A stretch of 64,000 nucleotides of DNA. It comes from Nanobdellota archaeon. GTDB lineage: Archaea; Nanobdellota; Nanobdellia; Pacearchaeales; GW2011-AR1. The notes below the pieces were generated by a model. That model was given only the letters and a program-made list of their open reading frames with translations, did no database searches and was not told the DNA's origin. The DNA is taken from the NCBI GenBank assembly GCA_038046005.1, contig JBBSXB010000005.1:1-64000 (forward strand), written 5' to 3'. Below, piece after piece: positions 59,460-64,000 of the stretch; within the stretch, counting starts at the first letter, position 1; each line of letters opens with the position of its first letter. The translations under genes and the position numbers were made by a program.

Positions 59460-59813
59460 ATGTATAAATTTCATTATGATGAGGAGAATGATATCTTGTC
59501 TATATACGATTCTCCTAGAAAAGTAAAGGAAAGCTTAGAAGTGTCTGAAAACATAGTTATAGATTTGGATAAAAATGACAGAATTAACGGTATAGAGATA
59601 ATGGATGCAGGCGAGTTTTTCGGCTCTTTTAATCCAGAGATAGACAAGGATCTTTTATCGGAGCTTGACTCTGCAAAGATTGAATACAAGAGCTTTAGGA
59701 GTCAATGGATGCTTTTAGTTGTTTTAAGTGCTAAGGGCAGACAGTTTTCCCAGCCAATGCCTCCTCTGAGAAAAACAGAGTTTTCAAGCCCCATATTAGC
59801 TAATAATTGGTAA
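59460..59813 (+). CDS. DUF2283-like protein (putative antitoxin)
   Basis: YDEENDILSI...IDLDKNDRINGIEIMDA. Confidence 0.75.
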   Translation: MYKFHYDEENDILSIYDSPRKVKESLEVSENIVIDLDKNDRINGIEIMDAGEFFGSFNPEIDKDLLSELDSAKIEYKSFRSQWMLLVVLSAKGRQFSQPMPPLRKTEFSSPILANNW

Positions 59814-59832
59814 AAAGGTGTATACACCTTTT
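59813..59832. promoter_or_regulatory. Perfect 20-bp palindrome (candidate operator)
   Basis: AAAAGGTGTATACACCTTTT just upstream of a TTTAAATA box. Confidence 0.6.
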
Positions 59833-59869
59833 AGGAAAGATTTAAATAGTTCTTGATTTTATTTTTCTC

Positions 59870-60049
59870 ATGGTTTTGAAAGATCACGATCTAAGTGGGG
59901 AAGAAAGGAAAATTGTTTCTACGAGACTATACAAAAGTGAATTTCTTTTTTTCAAAAAGCTTTGTGAACAAGAAGGCAAAAAAATAAATACAAAACTCCG
60001 AGAGATGATAAGGAAGGAAACAGGCGTAGAGGAGAAAAATGAGATTTGA
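59870..60049 (+). CDS. Small RHH-like DNA-binding protein (59 aa, not in ORF track)
   Basis: KIVSTRL...FKKLCEQEGKKINTKLREMIR; overlaps the next start codon. Confidence 0.55.
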   Translation: MVLKDHDLSGEERKIVSTRLYKSEFLFFKKLCEQEGKKINTKLREMIRKETGVEEKNEI

Positions 60050-60941
60050 AAAGTTTATTATCGGATTAGATGATAATGGGAAAGAGATTAAATTCACCTG
60101 CGATGAATCAAAATTGGCTAATAACTTTGGAAAAAACCCTGAAGCTCCAAATTTTCTAACAAGAGTTTTTTTCAAGAAAGATGTTTTAGATAAGTACTAT
60201 GGTAAACCTTCAAAATATTCTGTTAGAGATGGGTATTTGTTTTATACTAGAGAAGATGGTATTAATGAATGGGGGATGCCCATAGACAATAATGTCCGAG
60301 GTTGTATTATGGCTTATTTAGGAGACCTAGCTAAACTACCATCTGATGAGCAAAAACACTGGAAAATTTACAATATCGTAGAAGGCAGTTTTAGTTCAGT
60401 TTCAGTTATGAGAGACTTTAAAGCTGAACCCTGTTCTCCAACTGACGCTGCTTTATATTTTAAGGGAGAATTTGAGTCTCTCAACGAAAATTGGAAGAAG
60501 AAAAATGGATGGAATATATTCAAACCGTTGAACTTAGCTGATGAACATCACGTTAAGACCTTAAGAGTGCCAAACGATGAGCAGAAAGAGTTTGATGAGG
60601 TGGTACTCTCTTTGAATAAAATACTAATTGACTCTTTAAATGTTGAAAAAATGAAAGATAAAATAATATTTGATAAGGATGACAAGTCTATTTCCATACT
60701 ACAAAAATATCTTGAACAAAAATATAAAATTAGATTTTCCCAAATGATTGAATTTCTAAAAAACTTGCAAAACTTAAGATCGAGCGGTAGTGCCCATAGG
60801 AAAGGAGATAATTACGAAAAAGCGTACAAAAAATTTGATAAAGGAAGTTTATCAAAAACGTTTGAAAGCATTTTAATTGAAGCAATAACTACTCTGAATA
60901 CCCTTCAAAATAGAATTGGGGGAGATAAAAATGTCAGTTGA
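60039..60941 (+). CDS. Hypothetical protein with HEPN-like motif
   Basis: Helical C-terminal half with LRSSGSAH (Rx5H). Confidence 0.55.
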   Translation: MRFEKFIIGLDDNGKEIKFTCDESKLANNFGKNPEAPNFLTRVFFKKDVLDKYYGKPSKYSVRDGYLFYTREDGINEWGMPIDNNVRGCIMAYLGDLAKLPSDEQKHWKIYNIVEGSFSSVSVMRDFKAEPCSPTDAALYFKGEFESLNENWKKKNGWNIFKPLNLADEHHVKTLRVPNDEQKEFDEVVLSLNKILIDSLNVEKMKDKIIFDKDDKSISILQKYLEQKYKIRFSQMIEFLKNLQNLRSSGSAHRKGDNYEKAYKKFDKGSLSKTFESILIEAITTLNTLQNRIGGDKNVS

Positions 60942-61506
60942 ATGGTGGGCTTTAGGTATTTCAATAGTTGCCTTGTTAGGGACGCTAACTAAGGATTTTT
61001 TTATTCCTATTTTTTTTAAACCTACATTAAAAATAGAAGGAATTGATGACGGCGAGTGTATTCAGGATGCCAGTGATAATTTGAATAACATTACAAGGTG
61101 GATAAGATTAAGATTGATTAACAAAGACGGATTCTTTTCAAGGACTGCAAAAGATTGTTATGTTAAGTTATTGTGGGTTAAAAATAGTAATGGGACAAAA
61201 ATAACGCCTTTTGAATCCTTGCCTTTAACGTGGGTTAGTTATGATGATTTCTCTGGTGGAAAGTATGATCTTGCTAGAGGAGAATATCACATGATAGACT
61301 TAGTCCATGAGTTTCCTCAGCGAAGATTTCTAAGATTTAAGCTTGCAGGCATACCTCTCGAACTAATAAAAGAGTCCGAGTCTAAACTCTCGCCCGGCAT
61401 ATATTCTTTTGGGATAGCCGTTTATGGAGGCAATTTCAAACCAATTAGAAAGATATTCAAAGCAAGAATAACAAATAAATTTGGAGAATTAAATTTTGTA
61501 AAATGA
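60931..61506 (+). CDS. Membrane-anchored hypothetical protein
   Basis: N-terminal TM segment and beta-rich remainder. Confidence 0.6.
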   Translation: MSVEWWALGISIVALLGTLTKDFFIPIFFKPTLKIEGIDDGECIQDASDNLNNITRWIRLRLINKDGFFSRTAKDCYVKLLWVKNSNGTKITPFESLPLTWVSYDDFSGGKYDLARGEYHMIDLVHEFPQRRFLRFKLAGIPLELIKESESKLSPGIYSFGIAVYGGNFKPIRKIFKARITNKFGELNFVK

Positions 61507-62594
61507 ATCAAGAAATTAAACTAAAAGACTTATTTGAATTGAAATACGGTTCATCCCTTCCAGAAAAAACTAGAATAAATGGCTCAGTGTTGGTTTTTGG
61601 ATCAAATGGCATTGTTGGATCTCACAATCAAGCAATAACTAAAGGAAAAACCATTATTGTTGGTAGAAAAGGATCAATAGGGAAAATAAATTTCTCAGAG
61701 AAATCTTGTTTTCCAATAGATACCACATATTATATAGATGAGACTAAAGAACCCTGCAATCTAAAATGGCTTTATTTTATCTTGAAAAAACTAAATCTAG
61801 AGTCTTTGAACAGAGCTGCTGCTGTTCCGGGTTTAAACAGAAATGATGTTTATCAAAAGAAGATAATTCTGCCATCAATTGAAAAGCAAAACAAAACAGT
61901 TGAAATTTTGGAAAAATCAAAAAAACTCAAAGAAAGAAGCAATAATGCTAATGACTTACTTGATGAATATCTTAAAGCTATTTTTAATGAGATGTTTTTG
62001 AAGGAAAAGAATAAGTTTGAAAAAGTAACTTTAAAAGATATCGGAAAATTATCTATGGGTGGAACACCTTCAAAGAGTATAAAAGAATATTGGGAAAATG
62101 GAACAATAAACTGGATGAAATCAGGAGATATTAAAGGAGATTTTATTACATCTATCTCTAATAAAATAACACAGAAAGGTTTTGATAAATCAAATACTAC
62201 TCTCTATCCGAAAGATACTGTAGTAATAGCATTAAATGGACAAGGAAAAACAAGAGGAACTACTGCAATTTTAAAAATCGAAACTACTAGTAATCAGTCA
62301 GTTGTTGGAATTATGCCTGATAACAAAAAAATACTCTCGGAATATTTGCATTATAATTTAAAATTAAGATATAATGAATTAAGAAGATTAACGGGGGATA
62401 ATGAAAGAAGTGGACTAAACTTATCTATTCTTAGAGGTTTTAAGATGCTATTGCCTCCTATCCAACTTCAACAAAAATTTGCTGAGATAGTTGAACAAGT
62501 AGAAAAAATGAAGAAAAATATTAATAAAACTGAACAAAACGGAGATGAATTATTTAATTCTTTAATGCAGAAAGCATTTAGGGGGGAGTTATAA
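61503..62594 (+). CDS. hsdS: Type I restriction enzyme specificity subunit
   Basis: Two TRDs, each closed by LP(S/P)I..Q; GGTPSK; ends LMQKAFRGEL. Confidence 0.93.
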   Translation: MNQEIKLKDLFELKYGSSLPEKTRINGSVLVFGSNGIVGSHNQAITKGKTIIVGRKGSIGKINFSEKSCFPIDTTYYIDETKEPCNLKWLYFILKKLNLESLNRAAAVPGLNRNDVYQKKIILPSIEKQNKTVEILEKSKKLKERSNNANDLLDEYLKAIFNEMFLKEKNKFEKVTLKDIGKLSMGGTPSKSIKEYWENGTINWMKSGDIKGDFITSISNKITQKGFDKSNTTLYPKDTVVIALNGQGKTRGTTAILKIETTSNQSVVGIMPDNKKILSEYLHYNLKLRYNELRRLTGDNERSGLNLSILRGFKMLLPPIQLQQKFAEIVEQVEKMKKNINKTEQNGDELFNSLMQKAFRGEL

Positions 62595-62595
62595 A

Positions 62596-63603
62596 ATGAT
62601 ATTCATAAAATTTATTATAGAAAAATTAGCCAATATCTGTTTAAGCATTTCTAATGTGTTTAATCTTTTTAGTATAAAATTGATTGATAAGCTCAATATT
62701 AATATCTATAAACCAAAATATGAAGAAAAGATATTCCAAAATACAGAAAGTATAAATAAAGATACTCAGCAGATATTAAAAAATGATGAAGATATAAAAA
62801 GATATAAAGAAAAAGAAAAACTAATCAAGGAGTTGATAAATAGAAAAATTATTAATGTGAACAATCTAAATAAAGTTTCTAATTCGGAACATTTTATTGT
62901 AATCCCAAAAATACACTTAAACATAAATGATAAAAAGGTAAGAAAAATTTTGTTTGGAGAAGAAGGTTCTTTTAAAAATTCCATATTTAGTTATTTTGAT
63001 CAAGGAGATTTTGTTAATTTGGGTAAAAAATTCTCACCAATTTACTTAAAAGATAAGTACAGCATAAAACAACCATATAGAAATATATCTATTTTTAAGA
63101 AGATATTGGATAATAAACTAAAAGATTTAATCTACAAAGATAATAAAGAGATAGTGAGATTAATTCAAAGACATAAAAATAGAAAAGAAATAAAGGTCTT
63201 TTTTGAAGGAGAAGACGTGTCTAATAAGAAGTTTTTATTTTTAGATTATATGATTATTTCCTCTTTAAATTTAAATAAAGAAAACATAACTCTTGAAGAA
63301 GGTGTTCACAAACAATTTCTTTTTAAGATTTTGACAAAAGAAGCCCAAAATATAAAAATTAAAGAAGTGATATTGGAAAGTGGATTAAAATTATTTCTTA
63401 ATGAAGAGTACTTAAATTTTATTAAAGACAAACTACTAAAAAACGAATCAACGATAAAACAAAAATTGAAAATAGACAATTTTTTTGAAGATATTAACAA
63501 AAATGAATTTGAGAAAGTATTAAAACAACTTTTAGAAAATGATTATCAACAAATTTATTCAGACAATTTTTTTAAACTTCAAAGTCTTATTAAAGAATTA
63601 TAA
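62596..63603 (+). CDS. Hypothetical protein, very AT-rich
   Basis: 335-aa K/I/N-rich ORF between hsdS and hsdM. Confidence 0.55.
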   Translation: MIFIKFIIEKLANICLSISNVFNLFSIKLIDKLNINIYKPKYEEKIFQNTESINKDTQQILKNDEDIKRYKEKEKLIKELINRKIINVNNLNKVSNSEHFIVIPKIHLNINDKKVRKILFGEEGSFKNSIFSYFDQGDFVNLGKKFSPIYLKDKYSIKQPYRNISIFKKILDNKLKDLIYKDNKEIVRLIQRHKNRKEIKVFFEGEDVSNKKFLFLDYMIISSLNLNKENITLEEGVHKQFLFKILTKEAQNIKIKEVILESGLKLFLNEEYLNFIKDKLLKNESTIKQKLKIDNFFEDINKNEFEKVLKQLLENDYQQIYSDNFFKLQSLIKEL

Positions 63604-63651
63604 AATGAACACAAAAAAGAAATAAATAAACTGGAAGTAAAACCAATAAAC

Positions 63652-64000
63652 ATGTTACACACAGAATTAAAATCAAAAATAAGAAAATTATGGGATAAAT
63701 TTTGGAGCGGAGGAATTAGCAATCCTCTTCAGGCAATAGAGCAAATATCCTATCTTATTTTTATGAAGAAACTTGAGGACAAAGATATTCTTGATGAACA
63801 GAATGCAACCTTGAAGGGAATTAAATTTAAATCAATCTTTGAAAAACACGAAAATTGCAGATGGTCAGAATGGAGCGAATATCCTTCTGACAAGATTCTA
63901 CCCCATGTTCGAGATGTTGTCTTTCCATTTATGAGAACTCTGGGAGCAGAAAACTCCCATTATAACAACTATATGAAAGACGCTTCATTTTCTTTGCCTA
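63652..64000 (+). CDS. hsdM: Type I restriction-modification methyltransferase, N-terminal part
   Basis: MLHTELKSKIRKLWDKFWSGGISNPLQAIEQISYLIFMKKL; runs off the window. Confidence 0.9.
   Translation, partial: MLHTELKSKIRKLWDKFWSGGISNPLQAIEQISYLIFMKKLEDKDILDEQNATLKGIKFKSIFEKHENCRWSEWSEYPSDKILPHVRDVVFPFMRTLGAENSHYNNYMKDASFSLP

Larger units (their letters stand above)
54998..64000. mobile_element. Integrated unit 4 (integrase + type I R-M defence island; extends beyond the window)
   Basis: att core at 54998 followed by a second integrase; right boundary not seen. Confidence 0.7.

Noticed and set aside
45212-64000. Provirus or conjugative element
   Set aside because: No capsid, terminase, replication, relaxase or T4SS genes are recognisable within the window.

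Overview
AT-rich archaeal chromosome segment. It carries aIF2-gamma, aIF5B, eS6, uS10, TrmB, SerRS and an intron-containing tRNA-Asp; the dispersed housekeeping genes and many leaderless TATA promoters suggest a DPANN lineage such as Pacearchaeota/Woesearchaeota (inference). There are three zones. (1) About 1-17.3 kb is an accessory island: an IS6-like transposase, two toxin-antitoxin pairs and two enzyme operons built around aminoacyl-tRNA synthetase paralogs. One operon is bacterial TyrRS + archaeal/eukaryote-type TyrRS + divergent TrpRS + divergent TrpD + Zn-dehydrogenase + HAD. The other is HIT + anticodon-domain-less class IIb synthetase + methyltransferases + amidohydrolase + a radical-SAM/SPASM remnant. 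(2) About 17.3-45 kb is mostly core and surface genes. (3) From tRNA-Asp (45005) to the window end lies a tandem array of four integrated units, each starting at a 12-bp copy of the tRNA 3' end. Two units encode related tyrosine recombinases; two lack an integrase, share the same ends and carry different cargo. A second ~31-bp palindromic site recurs six times, brackets both fic genes and straddles the promoter of integrase 1, which suggests an integron-like cassette-capture system. This array and the aaRS-paralog operons are the best candidates for undescribed systems. All calls come from motif reading only; no database searches were run.
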